Assembly: GCA_945869165.1 (NCBI GenBank)
Contig: CAMBNY010000005.1
Location: forward strand, 2,012 to 66,011
Source: Comamonas sp. lk
GTDB lineage: Bacteria > Pseudomonadota > Gammaproteobacteria > Burkholderiales > Burkholderiaceae_C
Length of the DNA stretch: 64,000 bases
Direction of reading: 5' to 3'
Shown: positions 1 to 10,253 of the stretch, piece after piece
Layout of the letters: each line of letters starts with the position of its first letter
Position numbering within the stretch: position 1 is the first letter of the stretch
Translations under genes and position numbers: made by a program
Notes under the pieces: generated by a model
Told to the model about the DNA's origin: nothing
Seen by the model: the letters and a program-made list of their open reading frames with translations, nothing else
Database searches by the model: none

Positions 1-697
<697 letters not shown>

Positions 698-701
<4 letters not shown>

Positions 702-1396
702 GCTTGCGCTCCTAAAGTGGGGGCTTCAGAGGGTGTGGCGGGTGGCGAGACGTTAAGCGCCATGGCCGCAGTGGCTTGCGATACCGGGGCAATAGGGCGC
801 AGCACATGGGCGTGGACCGCGCCCGCTTTCAGGTGCCGGTGCAGCGACCAACCCAGCGCGCCCAGCGCCTCGGCACCCCAGGCCACGGGAGCTTCCAAAT
901 AGACCTGGCCGTTGGGCGTAATCGCTTTGCGCGCAGCGGTAAGCGCGTTTTCCCACAAATTGGACGCAAACGGCGGGTCCAGAAAAATCAGCTGCAAACT
1001 GCCCGCGGCTGCGTGCTGCAAGGCGGCCAGGCCATCGCCGCGCTGAATGCTGACGGCTTGCGCATCCAACTGCGCCTGCGTGCGCTTGAGCTGCTCGACC
1101 AGCTGCGATTCCTGCTCCACCAAGGAGACATGCGCCGCGCCTCGCGAGGCGGCTTCAAAGCCCAGCGCGCCGGTACCTGCAAAAGCGTCCAGGCAGCGCA
1201 GGCCTTGCAAATCCTGGCCCAGCCAGTTAAACAAAGTTTCGCGCACCCTATCGGGCGTGGGCCGCAAACCCGCCGCGTCTACCACTTTGAGCTTGGTGCG
1301 CTTCCACATGCCGCCAATGATGCGGACTTGGTTGCCGAGCTTGGCCGCTACGCGCGGCTTGGGCGCAGGCTTGGCGGCAGAGGATTTGGGGCGCAT
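698..1396 (-). CDS. rsmD: 16S rRNA m2G966 methyltransferase
   Basis: VRIIGGMWK, LRPTPDRVRETLFNWL, DAFAGTGALGFEAASRGA, DPPF; extra low-complexity C-terminal tail overlapping the coaD start. Confidence 0.96.
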
Positions 1397-1708
1397 GGGG
1401 CTATTGTCGTTGTTTGGAGGTTTGCCTTGAAAACTCTAGTAGCTGCGTTCGCGCGCAGCAGCACGGGCCGTAAATTGTCTTTAAAGGCCTAAGCAAGCCT
1501 TGAAGGGTGTAAAGCCTGTGGCGCATAAGCCTTGTTCTTTTGCGGCATGCTGCAAGTCAAATTTTGCAGTCAGGGCTCATCAATTTTCCCCAACGATAGG
1601 TATTCGAGTGCTCCAACAACTCCTGCACCATGCAACTATCAGTGCCCAATCATTGCAAATGGTCAGCAAGCTCGGCTACATTAAGTTAGATTACTTAGAA
1701 AGCCCACG

Positions 1709-2149
1709 ATGAACTACATCAACGCAAGCCGATACTACGCAATTGCACTTGTACTGTCGCTTGGTAGCGTATTCGCACTGGCACAAGATACAACCGCGAG
1801 TAGAGAGGCCGCTGTCGACAGATATCTCAGAGCCGTCCCTATGGCAAAGATGCTTGAGGACACTTTCGCCGAGATTAGCAAACAACTTCCTATTGAACAG
1901 CGAGCGCAGTTCATCCGAAATATGAAGAAAATTGTGCGCGCAGACTATCTTGAGCAGTTAAGCCGTCAGTCAATGATCAAGACGTTCACTACTGACGAGC
2001 TAAACGCCTTGGCAGACTTCTATGGTTCGAAGCACGGAGCTAGCGCCATGGTCAAGTTCGGCGCCTATATGGGGCAAGTAATGCCAGCCATCCAGGCCGA
2101 AGTTCAACGTGGTGTTCAAGAGCTACAGCAATCGCAAACTCCGAAATAG
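1709..2149 (+). CDS. secreted DUF2059-like hypothetical protein
   Basis: N-terminal signal peptide; FTTDELNALADFYGSKHG resembles the DUF2059 core (FT.EEL..L..FY.S..G); AT-richer codons than neighbours. Confidence 0.7.
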   Translation: MNYINASRYYAIALVLSLGSVFALAQDTTASREAAVDRYLRAVPMAKMLEDTFAEISKQLPIEQRAQFIRNMKKIVRADYLEQLSRQSMIKTFTTDELNALADFYGSKHGASAMVKFGAYMGQVMPAIQAEVQRGVQELQQSQTPK

Positions 2150-2168
2150 TGGGCGTTGGCATAAAAAT

Positions 2169-2741
2169 ATGGCGATCAACATTTTCGAAGGTGCAAGACG
2201 CATAGCTCTATTGTTGGGCGGCGGTGCGGCGGCAATTACGGTGATAGTGGCATTCAATCAAAATGCCTACTACTACGCGCAGTATTCTTTAGCGCGCCCA
2301 AATGCTCCGTTCAAGAAAACTGACGGAGGCTGCCTAAGCGGAGGCAAAACAATCTACTTTGATCATAAAACCTCTAGCGGTAAGGAGGTTAGTGTTTCGC
2401 TATGCCTTGAGCCAATGACTTTCACAAACAAGAATAAGGAAGACACTGAACTAATTCCCTATAAGACAGATGCAGACGGTATGACATGGGGTGCAAGACC
2501 TTATAGCCCTGAGGTTGCCAGTTACGAAACCCAGGTGACGACCCATTTCACTATGACTGCAACAGATGAGGAAATTTCAATAAGGGAAGCAGCAAAAAAA
2601 TGGCGTAGTCAGTTTGCTGAAGCCATGGGGTATTTAGCTGCTGGGTTGGCAATTTTCGGGGCGTTAGTTTGGGCAATGGGATGGATTGTGCGAGGATTTC
2701 TTGGTATTCCACGTGGGATGGATAAGCGGCCCGAGTTTTGA
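2169..2741 (+). CDS. hypothetical membrane protein (N- and C-terminal TM helices around a periplasmic loop with two Cys)
   Basis: ATG at 2169 (MAINIFEGARRIALLLGG) within ORF 2109..2741; C-terminal hydrophobic helix then GWIVRGFLGIP. Confidence 0.65.
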   Translation: MAINIFEGARRIALLLGGGAAAITVIVAFNQNAYYYAQYSLARPNAPFKKTDGGCLSGGKTIYFDHKTSSGKEVSVSLCLEPMTFTNKNKEDTELIPYKTDADGMTWGARPYSPEVASYETQVTTHFTMTATDEEISIREAAKKWRSQFAEAMGYLAAGLAIFGALVWAMGWIVRGFLGIPRGMDKRPEF

Positions 2742-2909
2742 AAGGCGAATCTGACAGAACGGCCAGAGCCCTACGCATTTAAGGCAAGCATATGAACGCC
2801 GTCGCAAGTTATCAAAAGACAAATAAAACCACCGTTTTCCCTACAACCGCTACGCTTTAGTTTGCGCGATACCAGCGCAATAAAGACGCCGCAGACCTAT
2901 ATCTAGGAC

Positions 2910-3740
2910 ATGCCTGCACTCAGCCCAAGCCAAACAAGCCTCTTACGCCAGACCTTACAAGGCGCTTGTCAGGCGCCGCCGCCCGATGCGCGGCGCTGGT
3001 GCTTGGGCGACCTGCCCCTCGGCTGGCTGGCGCCAGACCACGACGCAGCGCTGGCGCGTGAGCTGGCAGACACGGTGCTCAGCGGCGGGCAGCGTATCTG
3101 GCAGGCAGCGCATTGGACGGTGGCGCAGCGTTCGCAGGCTTTGCAGGCAGCGGCAGAGCGCTTGCACGCGCAAGGGCTGATTCGTGGTTGGCGCAATGAG
3201 CAGTACAGCTACTGGGGTGATACCGAGGGCCAGCCGCATCCCGGCTTACCAGAGCACTTCAGGGTGGAGCGCGCGGCCTTTCGGTTTTTGGGTTTGCGCA
3301 GCCACGCAGTGCATATCAATGGTTTTACGCCAGACGGACGGATGTGGTGCGGGAGGCGTGCTTTGAGCAAGGCCACCGACCCCGGTCGTTTGGATAACTT
3401 GGCAGCGGGTGGCCTGCCCGCTGGCGAGACGGTGCTGGACTGCGCGCTGCGCGAGTTGTATGAGGAAGCGGGCTTGCCCGAAAGCCTGGCGCGGCAAGTG
3501 CAGCCCGCTGGCCACATCACCACCGCGCGCATGGAAGCCGAGGGCTGGCACGAGGAAACGCTGCTGGTGTTTAACTTGCAGATTCCGCTGGATGTGCAGC
3601 CCTACAACACCGATGGCGAGGTAAGCGGCTTTGAATGCCTGTCGATGGACGAGGTGATACAGCGTATCGAAGCCCGCGACTTTTCAGAGGACGCGGCTTG
3701 CGTGGTCGCGCAGGGCTTGTTGCATGGGCAAAGCCCCTGA
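2910..3740 (+). CDS. NUDIX hydrolase with N-terminal DUF4743-type domain
   Basis: GWRNEQY, ERAAFRFLG, DPGRLDNLAAGG; Nudix box GETVLDCALRELYEEAGL. Confidence 0.88.
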   Translation: MPALSPSQTSLLRQTLQGACQAPPPDARRWCLGDLPLGWLAPDHDAALARELADTVLSGGQRIWQAAHWTVAQRSQALQAAAERLHAQGLIRGWRNEQYSYWGDTEGQPHPGLPEHFRVERAAFRFLGLRSHAVHINGFTPDGRMWCGRRALSKATDPGRLDNLAAGGLPAGETVLDCALRELYEEAGLPESLARQVQPAGHITTARMEAEGWHEETLLVFNLQIPLDVQPYNTDGEVSGFECLSMDEVIQRIEARDFSEDAACVVAQGLLHGQSP

Positions 3741-3821
3741 CAGGCAGCTTGCATCGCTAAGTAACAAATTGGATTGCCAATGCCTTGCGCTGGCTAAGCC
3801 AGTGAAGCCGCCAATCACCGT

Positions 3822-5195
3822 TTACACGCTGCGCAAATGCCAAGCCTTCGGTCGCGTGAAGGTGCTGATGCCTTCGCGCGACAAAGTCAGGCCCACTCCG
3901 GAGTCGCCGTGGCCGCTCCAGGGCAGGCGCGGGCTGACGCGGTCGCAGCAATTCCAGTACACCGTGCCGGCATTCACTTGCGCCAGCAGGCGCTGCGCGC
4001 GCGCTTGGTCGGGGGTGTACACGCCAGCGGTCAGGCCGTAGCGGGTGTCGTTCATGAGTTGCACCGCTTGCGCATCGCTGGTGACTTGTTGGATGCCGAT
4101 GATGGGGCCAAAGCTTTCCTCGCGCATCAGTTCCATGCTGTGGTTCACATCGACCAACACCGTGGGCTCAAACCAGTTACCCGGCACAGGGACGCGCTTG
4201 CCGCCAGTGAGCAGTGTGGCGCCTTTGCCCAGAGCGTCGGCCACTTGGGCTTGCAGCACGGCTAGTTGCGGCGCGCGGGTGATGGCGCCGATATAGGTGT
4301 CGGCGTTTTCTGTGGGGCCGTGTTTCAAGCCCTTCACTGTGGCGACAAAGCGGGCCACAAAGGCGTCGTAAATTTTTTCGTGCACATAAATGCGCTCTAC
4401 CGAGCAGCAGCTCTGCCCTGTGTTGTACATGGCGCCATCGGCCAGCGATTCGGCGGCGTTTTCAGGGTTGGCGTCATCGCACACATAGGTGGGGTCTTTG
4501 CCACCGAGTTCGAGTTGCAGCTTGATAAAGCGGCCCCCCACTGCCTGCGCAATGCGCGCGCCGGTAGCCACCGAGCCGGTAAAAAACACGCCGTCAATGC
4601 GTTGTTGCAACAAGGCCTGACCGACTTCGCCGCCACCTACTAGGCACACCATGACGTCCTGCGGCACGCCGGCTTGGTGCAACAAGCGGGCAATCGCCAG
4701 GCCGGTGTTGGTGGCATATTCGCTGGGTTTGTAGAGCACTGCGTTACCGGCCAGCAGCGCCGGAAGAATCACATTGCAGCCGACAAACCAGGGGTAGTTC
4801 CAGGCCGAGATATTGGCGACAACGCCCAAAGGAATGTGCTCGATTTGTTCGGTCATCCCGCCATCGGACATTACCGTTTCGGTAGCCAAGCAGCCATCGA
4901 CTTGCGCCAGAAAAAAATCGATACGGGCGAGCAGGCCATTGAGTTCATTGCGCGAGAGTTGTACCGGCTTGCCGGTTTCGCGCGTCATGGTCAGGGCCAA
5001 GGCATCCATGTCTTGCACCACGCTGGCGCGGAATTTTTCTACGCAAGTTTTGCGTGTAGAAAGCGGCGTGGCGGCCCATGCGGTTTGCGCGGCGCGTGCG
5101 GCATTGGCTTTGTCGGCCACGCTGGCGGCATCGTCAGCGGGCAAGGTGTTGACCAGTTGGCCGTTGGCCGGATTGAAAATAGACAAGGTGCTCAT
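3822..5195 (-). CDS. NAD(P)-dependent aldehyde dehydrogenase
   Basis: ISAWNYP, FTGSVATG, LELGGKDP, GQSCCS catalytic Cys, EESFGP. Confidence 0.95.
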   Translation of the reverse strand: MSTLSIFNPANGQLVNTLPADDAASVADKANAARAAQTAWAATPLSTRKTCVEKFRASVVQDMDALALTMTRETGKPVQLSRNELNGLLARIDFFLAQVDGCLATETVMSDGGMTEQIEHIPLGVVANISAWNYPWFVGCNVILPALLAGNAVLYKPSEYATNTGLAIARLLHQAGVPQDVMVCLVGGGEVGQALLQQRIDGVFFTGSVATGARIAQAVGGRFIKLQLELGGKDPTYVCDDANPENAAESLADGAMYNTGQSCCSVERIYVHEKIYDAFVARFVATVKGLKHGPTENADTYIGAITRAPQLAVLQAQVADALGKGATLLTGGKRVPVPGNWFEPTVLVDVNHSMELMREESFGPIIGIQQVTSDAQAVQLMNDTRYGLTAGVYTPDQARAQRLLAQVNAGTVYWNCCDRVSPRLPWSGHGDSGVGLTLSREGISTFTRPKAWHLRSV

Positions 5196-5233
5196 GCGGT
5201 ACTCGATATAAAAAAACTAAAGCGGGAAAAAAT

Positions 5234-6007
5234 TTAAGCGCGGGCCGCGCGTGCGGCTTGCAAAAAGTCATGCAAGAGCGCGCTGTCGTCCATGACGCCG
5301 TATTCGGGCTTGTGAAATTCGGGGTGCCATTGCACCGCCGCCACCCAGGCATCGCCAGTGTGGCGTATCGCTTCGATGGTGCCGTCGTCCGGGCACAGCG
5401 CCTCGGCCATAAAACCGGGCGCCAGGTCTTTGATGCCTTGGTGGTGGATGCTGTTGATCTTGCGGCTGCTGTTGGGGCTAAGCAGTGTCTCCAAGCGTGT
5501 GCCGGGCACCAGGTGAACATCGTGGAAGAGCCGGTCGTAGGCTTCGCCGTCGCGGTGCACCAGCGCCTCTGGCTTTTGCGTTTCGATGTCTTGGAAAAGC
5601 GTGCCGCCATAGCTCACATTAATCAGCTGCAGGCCCCGGCAAATACCAAATACCGGCTTGCCTGCGGCCACAAAAGCGCGCACCAATTCCATTTCATAGA
5701 GGTCGCGTGCGCGGTCACCGGCCCAGCGCGGGTCCAGCGGTTCTTCGCCATAGCTGGTGGGTGATAGGTCCACGCCGCCATGCAGCACCAGGCCGTCCAA
5801 CCACTGCGCGTAATGCTGCGCTGTCACGTCGCCGCGTGCGGTATCGCCTACCAGGGCCGGCACCATCACCGCCATGGCGCCAGCGCCCATCACCCAGTGC
5901 GGCACCGACTGCTCCAGGTATTGCAAGGTTTTTTTGGCGAAGGCTGGGCGCTTGTCGTCGGGGTACAGAAAACAGGCGCTCACGCCAATTTTGGGGCGGT
6001 CAGACAT
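5234..6007 (-). CDS. gamma-glutamyl-amide hydrolase (PuuD / peptidase C26 family)
   Basis: GICRGLQ nucleophile elbow, NSIHHQG, VQWHPE; ATG at 6007. Confidence 0.9.
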   Translation of the reverse strand: MSDRPKIGVSACFLYPDDKRPAFAKKTLQYLEQSVPHWVMGAGAMAVMVPALVGDTARGDVTAQHYAQWLDGLVLHGGVDLSPTSYGEEPLDPRWAGDRARDLYEMELVRAFVAAGKPVFGICRGLQLINVSYGGTLFQDIETQKPEALVHRDGEAYDRLFHDVHLVPGTRLETLLSPNSSRKINSIHHQGIKDLAPGFMAEALCPDDGTIEAIRHTGDAWVAAVQWHPEFHKPEYGVMDDSALLHDFLQAARAARA

Positions 6008-6132
6008 GGTCAAAGCAATGGTGAAGTGGTGGTTAAAAAGCGTGGGCCAGCGGCGTTTTAAGACACAGTCCGGCTAGCATTGGCTCGGTGGACGCAGGGA
6101 TGTACAACACGGCCGGGTCGGTCTAACGAAGC

Positions 6133-7266
6133 TTACAGGGCCTGGCGGAACAGGCGCTCAAAATCGGCCGCCGTGCAAGGGCGTGGATTGGTCTGATGGC
6201 AAATATCAGCTTGGGCGATTTGCACTAGGCGGACCATATGTTCTTCTTTGACGCCATGGGCCGCTAAGCCGCCGGTAATGCCGATGCTGGTCTTGAGCGC
6301 TTTGAGCCAAGGCACTAATGCTTGGCCGCCACCGCTAAGGCCGCAGACATGCGCCAGTTCGTCAAATTTGGCGGGCACGGCGTCAAAGTTCCAGGCCAGC
6401 ACCGTGTCGATCATCAAGGCGTTGGCCAGGCCGTGGTGCAGGTCACACACTGCGCCCAAGGCGTGTGCGCAGGAATGCACCGCGCCCAAGTCCTTTTGGA
6501 AGGCAATTGCGCCCATCATGGAGGACATCATCATGTCGCTACGCGCTTGCAGATTGCCCGGCTCTTTCACGGCGGTCTGCAGCGCAGCGGCGGCGATGCG
6601 TGTGCCTTCTAAAGCGATGCCGTCACACAGCGGGTGGTAGGCGGGTGACAAATAGCTTTCGATATTGTGGGTCAGTGCGTCCATTCCCGTGGCAGCGGTG
6701 ACATGGGCAGGCAAGCCCAGAGTGAGTTCGGGGTCCGCAAACACCATGCGCGCCAAAATTTTGGGGCTGAACACCACGCGCTTTAAGTGGGTATCGTTTT
6801 CGCTGACCACACTGGAGCGGCCCACTTCCGAGCCGGTGCCCGAAGTGGTGGGCAGGGCCACAAAGTAGGGCAGCGGCGCGCTGATAGGGCGCACCTGCGG
6901 GTGGTCCCACACGTATTCCAAAATATCACCTTCGTGCGTGGCGGCAATACCGACCACCTTGGCTACGTCCAAGGCCGCGCCGCCGCCAAAGCCGATGATG
7001 CAGTCCGCATGGTGCGCTTTATAAGCCGCTGCGCCATCCATGACTTGGCTGCACGTCGGGTTACCAAAAACGCCGGAGAACACCGCCACGTCCAGCCCCG
7101 CCAAATGCGATTGAAACTCGGCCAGCACCGGCAGCGCGCCTAGGGCCCGGTCAGTCACGATGAGCGGGCGCTTGAGGCCAAGTTCCAGCAAATGGGCAGC
7201 GACTAGTTTGCGCGCGCCTGCGCCAAAGCGGATGGGGGTGGGGAAGGAAAAAGAAGTGATGCTCAT
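6133..7266 (-). CDS. iron-containing alcohol dehydrogenase
   Basis: GFGGGAALDVAK, PTTSGTGSE, DALTHNIE, HSCAH and HHG metal ligands. Confidence 0.93.
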   Translation of the reverse strand: MSITSFSFPTPIRFGAGARKLVAAHLLELGLKRPLIVTDRALGALPVLAEFQSHLAGLDVAVFSGVFGNPTCSQVMDGAAAYKAHHADCIIGFGGGAALDVAKVVGIAATHEGDILEYVWDHPQVRPISAPLPYFVALPTTSGTGSEVGRSSVVSENDTHLKRVVFSPKILARMVFADPELTLGLPAHVTAATGMDALTHNIESYLSPAYHPLCDGIALEGTRIAAAALQTAVKEPGNLQARSDMMMSSMMGAIAFQKDLGAVHSCAHALGAVCDLHHGLANALMIDTVLAWNFDAVPAKFDELAHVCGLSGGGQALVPWLKALKTSIGITGGLAAHGVKEEHMVRLVQIAQADICHQTNPRPCTAADFERLFRQAL

Positions 7267-7295
7267 AAGGAGTTTTCAATAAAGTATTGGACTAA

Positions 7296-7425
7296 GGAAA
7301 CAGCGCATTAGATCAAACCCGTCCTTGCGAGCGCAGCGAAGCAATCCATTTTGCTTGCCAATCAAGCACTGATGGATCGCCGCGTCGCTGCGCTCCTCGC
7401 GATGACGGACTTATGCAGACCTTCT
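7296..7425. mobile_element. MITE-like repeat, copy 1 (IS5-like ends, internal REP-like palindrome)
   Basis: GGAAACAGCGCATTAG...CCGTCCTTGCGAGCGCAGCGAAGCAATCC...GGATCGCCGCGTCGCTGCGCTCCTCGCGATGACGG...CTTATGCAGACCTTCT; shared with 10065..10192 and 62689..62819. Confidence 0.75.
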
Positions 7426-7446
7426 CTGGGTGTTCGGATCATTGAC

Positions 7447-8820
7447 TTAAATGATCTCGAAATAACGTTTTAGTTCCCAATCGGTGACGCCATCGAGCCA
7501 CTGGCGCCATTCCCATTCGCGGGTGGCGGCGAAATGGTCTACAAAGGTGTCGCCTAGCCAGTCGCGGGCGATTTTGGATTCGCGGAAATTGCGGGTGGTT
7601 TCTATCAAAGTGCGCGGCGCGCGCGGGATGTTTTCTGCGCCCTGGTTGGTGCCGGTAATCGGTGGGGCTGTAAGTTTGAGGCCTTTTTCTACCCCATCCA
7701 AGCCTGCGGCTATAACGGCTGCCATCGCCAGATAAGGGTTCACGTCAGCGCCGGGGCAGCGCGTTTCCAAGCGGGTGGACTTGGGCGAGCCGGCAATGAC
7801 GCGGAAACTTGCGGTGCGGTTGTCCACGCCCCAGGTGGGTTTGACCGGCGCCCAAAAACCATCGACCAGGCGCTTGTAGCTGTTGATGGTCGGCCAGAAC
7901 ATAGGCGCAAACTCCATCAGACAGGCCACTTGCCCGGCTAGGTAGCTTTCAAACATTTTGCTCATGCCGTGGCGGCCTTTGGCATCAGCAAACAGATTGT
8001 TTTTGCCGTCGCTCAAGGACTGGTGGATATGGCCGCTGCAACCGGGCAGGTGCTGGTTCCACTTGGCCATAAAGCTGGGCATGATGTCGTAGCGCTTGCC
8101 TATTTCGCGCGCGCCGGTCTTGAACAAAATCGCCCGATCGGCTTGTTCTAGCGCTTCGGAGAAGGCAATGGCGGCTTCATAGACGCCGGGGCCGGTTTCG
8201 GTGTGCAGGCCTTCGATGGGCACGCCAAAGGCCTGCATATCGTCCATCAAGGCGTTAAAAAAACCGCCGTTGTCGGCCATGCGCAACAGCGAATAGCCAA
8301 ACATGCCCGGCGTCAGCGACGTCGGCCCCACGCCTTTTTTATCGGCCCAGCTTTGCGGCGTCTCTTTGAAGTTAAACCACTCAAACTCCATACCCGTCAT
8401 GGGGGTGAAGCCCATTTTGTGGGCCCGCGCCAGCACGCGCTTTAAGGTTTGGCGCGGGCATACCGCGTAGGGCGAACCATCGGCGTTGACAAACTCGCCC
8501 AGAAAAAACGGCACCTTGTTGTCCCAGGGCACGTTGCGGGCCGTGTTCAGGTCCAGGCGCGCCAGCGCGTCAGGAAAGCCGTGCTGCCAGCCGGTGACGC
8601 TGGCGTTGTCGTAGCAAATGTCATGCGCGTCCCAGCCAAAGACTACGTCGCAAAAGCCAAAGCCGCCCGCCGGATAGGGTTGGACCGCGCCCATAAATTT
8701 GTCGATGTGCAGGTATTTGCCGCGCAATATGCCGTCGATATCGCTGACCGCGACTTTGACTTTGCCGCTGCCGCTTTTGGCGACTGCGGCCACTGCCGGG
8801 TGTTGCTTATTACTCGCCAT
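7447..8820 (-). CDS. glutamine synthetase-like gamma-glutamyl-amine ligase (PuuA/GlnA4-like)
   Basis: DIDGILRGK, GMEFEWF, HTETGPGVYE, GCSGHIHQSL, NSYKRL, DNRTASFR, ETRCPGADVNPY; ATG at 8820 preceded by GGAGG. Confidence 0.9.
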   Translation of the reverse strand: MASNKQHPAVAAVAKSGSGKVKVAVSDIDGILRGKYLHIDKFMGAVQPYPAGGFGFCDVVFGWDAHDICYDNASVTGWQHGFPDALARLDLNTARNVPWDNKVPFFLGEFVNADGSPYAVCPRQTLKRVLARAHKMGFTPMTGMEFEWFNFKETPQSWADKKGVGPTSLTPGMFGYSLLRMADNGGFFNALMDDMQAFGVPIEGLHTETGPGVYEAAIAFSEALEQADRAILFKTGAREIGKRYDIMPSFMAKWNQHLPGCSGHIHQSLSDGKNNLFADAKGRHGMSKMFESYLAGQVACLMEFAPMFWPTINSYKRLVDGFWAPVKPTWGVDNRTASFRVIAGSPKSTRLETRCPGADVNPYLAMAAVIAAGLDGVEKGLKLTAPPITGTNQGAENIPRAPRTLIETTRNFRESKIARDWLGDTFVDHFAATREWEWRQWLDGVTDWELKRYFEII

Positions 8821-8839
8821 GAAATCCTCCGATTTTTTC

Positions 8840-9970
8840 TTACCTTGCGCTGGTGGGCGCGCCGTGGGCAATGCCCAATTCCTGCATGGCAAGCGCCACC
8901 GCGTGTACCGCTTGTTCCATTTCCACCGCGCCAATAGCGCCAATGCAGCCGTCGCGAAAGGTCTCTATTTGCGTGAGCTTGCCAGGGTAGAGGATAAAGC
9001 CATGTCGCTTGGCCGCGTCATAAAACTTTTTAAATTCGTAAGCCGCATGCGCTGGCGCGTGGAAGGTGACGATGATGGGCGCTTGGATGTTTGCCGGCAA
9101 AAAAGGCACAAAGCCCAGCGCTGCCATACCGCGCAGCAAGGTATCGCAGTTGGCCTGGTAGCGCGCCAGGCGTGCGCTTTGCCCGCCTTCTTCCACAAAT
9201 TGGGCAATCGCTTCATGTAACGCGACTAGCACATGGGTGGGCGGCGTAAAGCGCCATTGCCCGGTTTTTTCCATATAGGCGTGTTGGTCGAATAAATCCA
9301 TGGCCAGCGATTGGCTATTGCCTTCGCAGCCCGCCAGTACCTGCTTGCGTACAAACACAAAGCCCATGCCGGGCACGCCTTCCAGGCATTTGCCGCTGGC
9401 GGCGATCAATGCGTCAAAGCGGGTACTGCGCGCGTCAATCGGCAGCGCGCCAAAAGAGCTCATGGCATCGACGATCAGGCCTTTGCCGTGGCGCTCGCAC
9501 ACATCGGCCACGGCCTGTAGCGGATTGAGCACCCCGGCGCCGGTTTCGCAGTGGATCATCAGTACATGGCTGATGCTGGCATCGGCTTGCAAGGCGGTTT
9601 CCAAGGCCTGCGGGGAGACGGCTTGCGCATCGTCAAAGGGCAGCACGGTGGTGGTGCGCCCCATCAAATTGCTGAGTTTGGCGGCGCGCTTGCAATAGGC
9701 GCCGTTGTCCAGCACCAGCACATGGCCTGCGCGCGGCACCACGGTCGCCACCGCCGCTTCCACGCTAAAGGTGCCGCTGCCTTGCAAGGGCACGACCACA
9801 TGGCTGCCGTGGCCGTGCACGATATCCAGCAGGCTGTTGCGCACGCTGGCGGTGACGGCGATGAAGTCCGCGTCCCAAGAGCCCCAGTCGCGCAGCATGG
9901 CTAGTTTGGTGCGCAAGCTGGTGGTCAAGGGCCCGGGGGTGAGCAAGATGGCGTCGCGATGCAAGGGCAT
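8840..9970 (-). CDS. phnW: 2-aminoethylphosphonate--pyruvate transaminase
   Basis: [54 protein letters not shown] (PLP Lys), [15 protein letters not shown]. Confidence 0.95.
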   Translation of the reverse strand: MPLHRDAILLTPGPLTTSLRTKLAMLRDWGSWDADFIAVTASVRNSLLDIVHGHGSHVVVPLQGSGTFSVEAAVATVVPRAGHVLVLDNGAYCKRAAKLSNLMGRTTTVLPFDDAQAVSPQALETALQADASISHVLMIHCETGAGVLNPLQAVADVCERHGKGLIVDAMSSFGALPIDARSTRFDALIAASGKCLEGVPGMGFVFVRKQVLAGCEGNSQSLAMDLFDQHAYMEKTGQWRFTPPTHVLVALHEAIAQFVEEGGQSARLARYQANCDTLLRGMAALGFVPFLPANIQAPIIVTFHAPAHAAYEFKKFYDAAKRHGFILYPGKLTQIETFRDGCIGAIGAVEMEQAVHAVALAMQELGIAHGAPTSAR

Positions 9971-10064
9971 GGTGGGTTCTCAAAAGTCCAAAAGTGTCCT
10001 GGGGGTGCGGTGGGACAAGCTTACTGCGGGCAGCCCCAGCGAAAAATTCAGAGTGAAGGCATAG

Positions 10065-10192
10065 GGAACATTTGCATTAGTCCAAATTCCTTGCGAGCGT
10101 AGCGAAGCAAGCCACTTTGGCTTGCCAAGCGTGTACCTATGGATCGCCGCGCCGCTGCGCTCCTCGCGATGACCGACTTATGCAGACCTCCC
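10065..10192. mobile_element. MITE-like repeat, copy 2, with 4-bp direct repeat ATAG on both sides
   Basis: ATAG(10061-64)-GGAACATTTGCATTAG...CTTATGCAGACCTCCC-ATAG(10193-96); same internal palindrome as copies 1 and 3. Confidence 0.78.
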
Positions 10193-10215
10193 ATAGGCCC
10201 GTAGAATACAATAAT

Positions 10216-10247
10216 ATTGTTGACAATCTGCAATTTTATGCTTCAAT
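10216..10247 (+). promoter_or_regulatory. putative GntR operator overlapping a sigma70 promoter
   Basis: Palindrome ATTGT-TG-ACAAT (10216-10227) contains TTGACA (10220-25); TGnTTCAAT extended -10 ends 6 nt before the GntR ATG; lies between the divergent phn operons. Confidence 0.6.
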
Positions 10248-10253
10248 CCGCCC

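Noticed and set aside
1430-1500. Possible degenerate second REP-like family (TAGCTGCGTTCGCGCGCAGCAGCACGGGC; faint echoes near 2860, 39760 and 41545)
   Set aside because: Similarity between the sites is too weak to align by eye; needs a genome-wide repeat search.
8821-8943. N-terminal extension of the GS-like ORF overlapping phnW (possible frameshift fusion)
   Set aside because: A good GGAGG RBS precedes the ATG at 8820, and the A-rich run lies after the phnW stop, so no fusion is needed.
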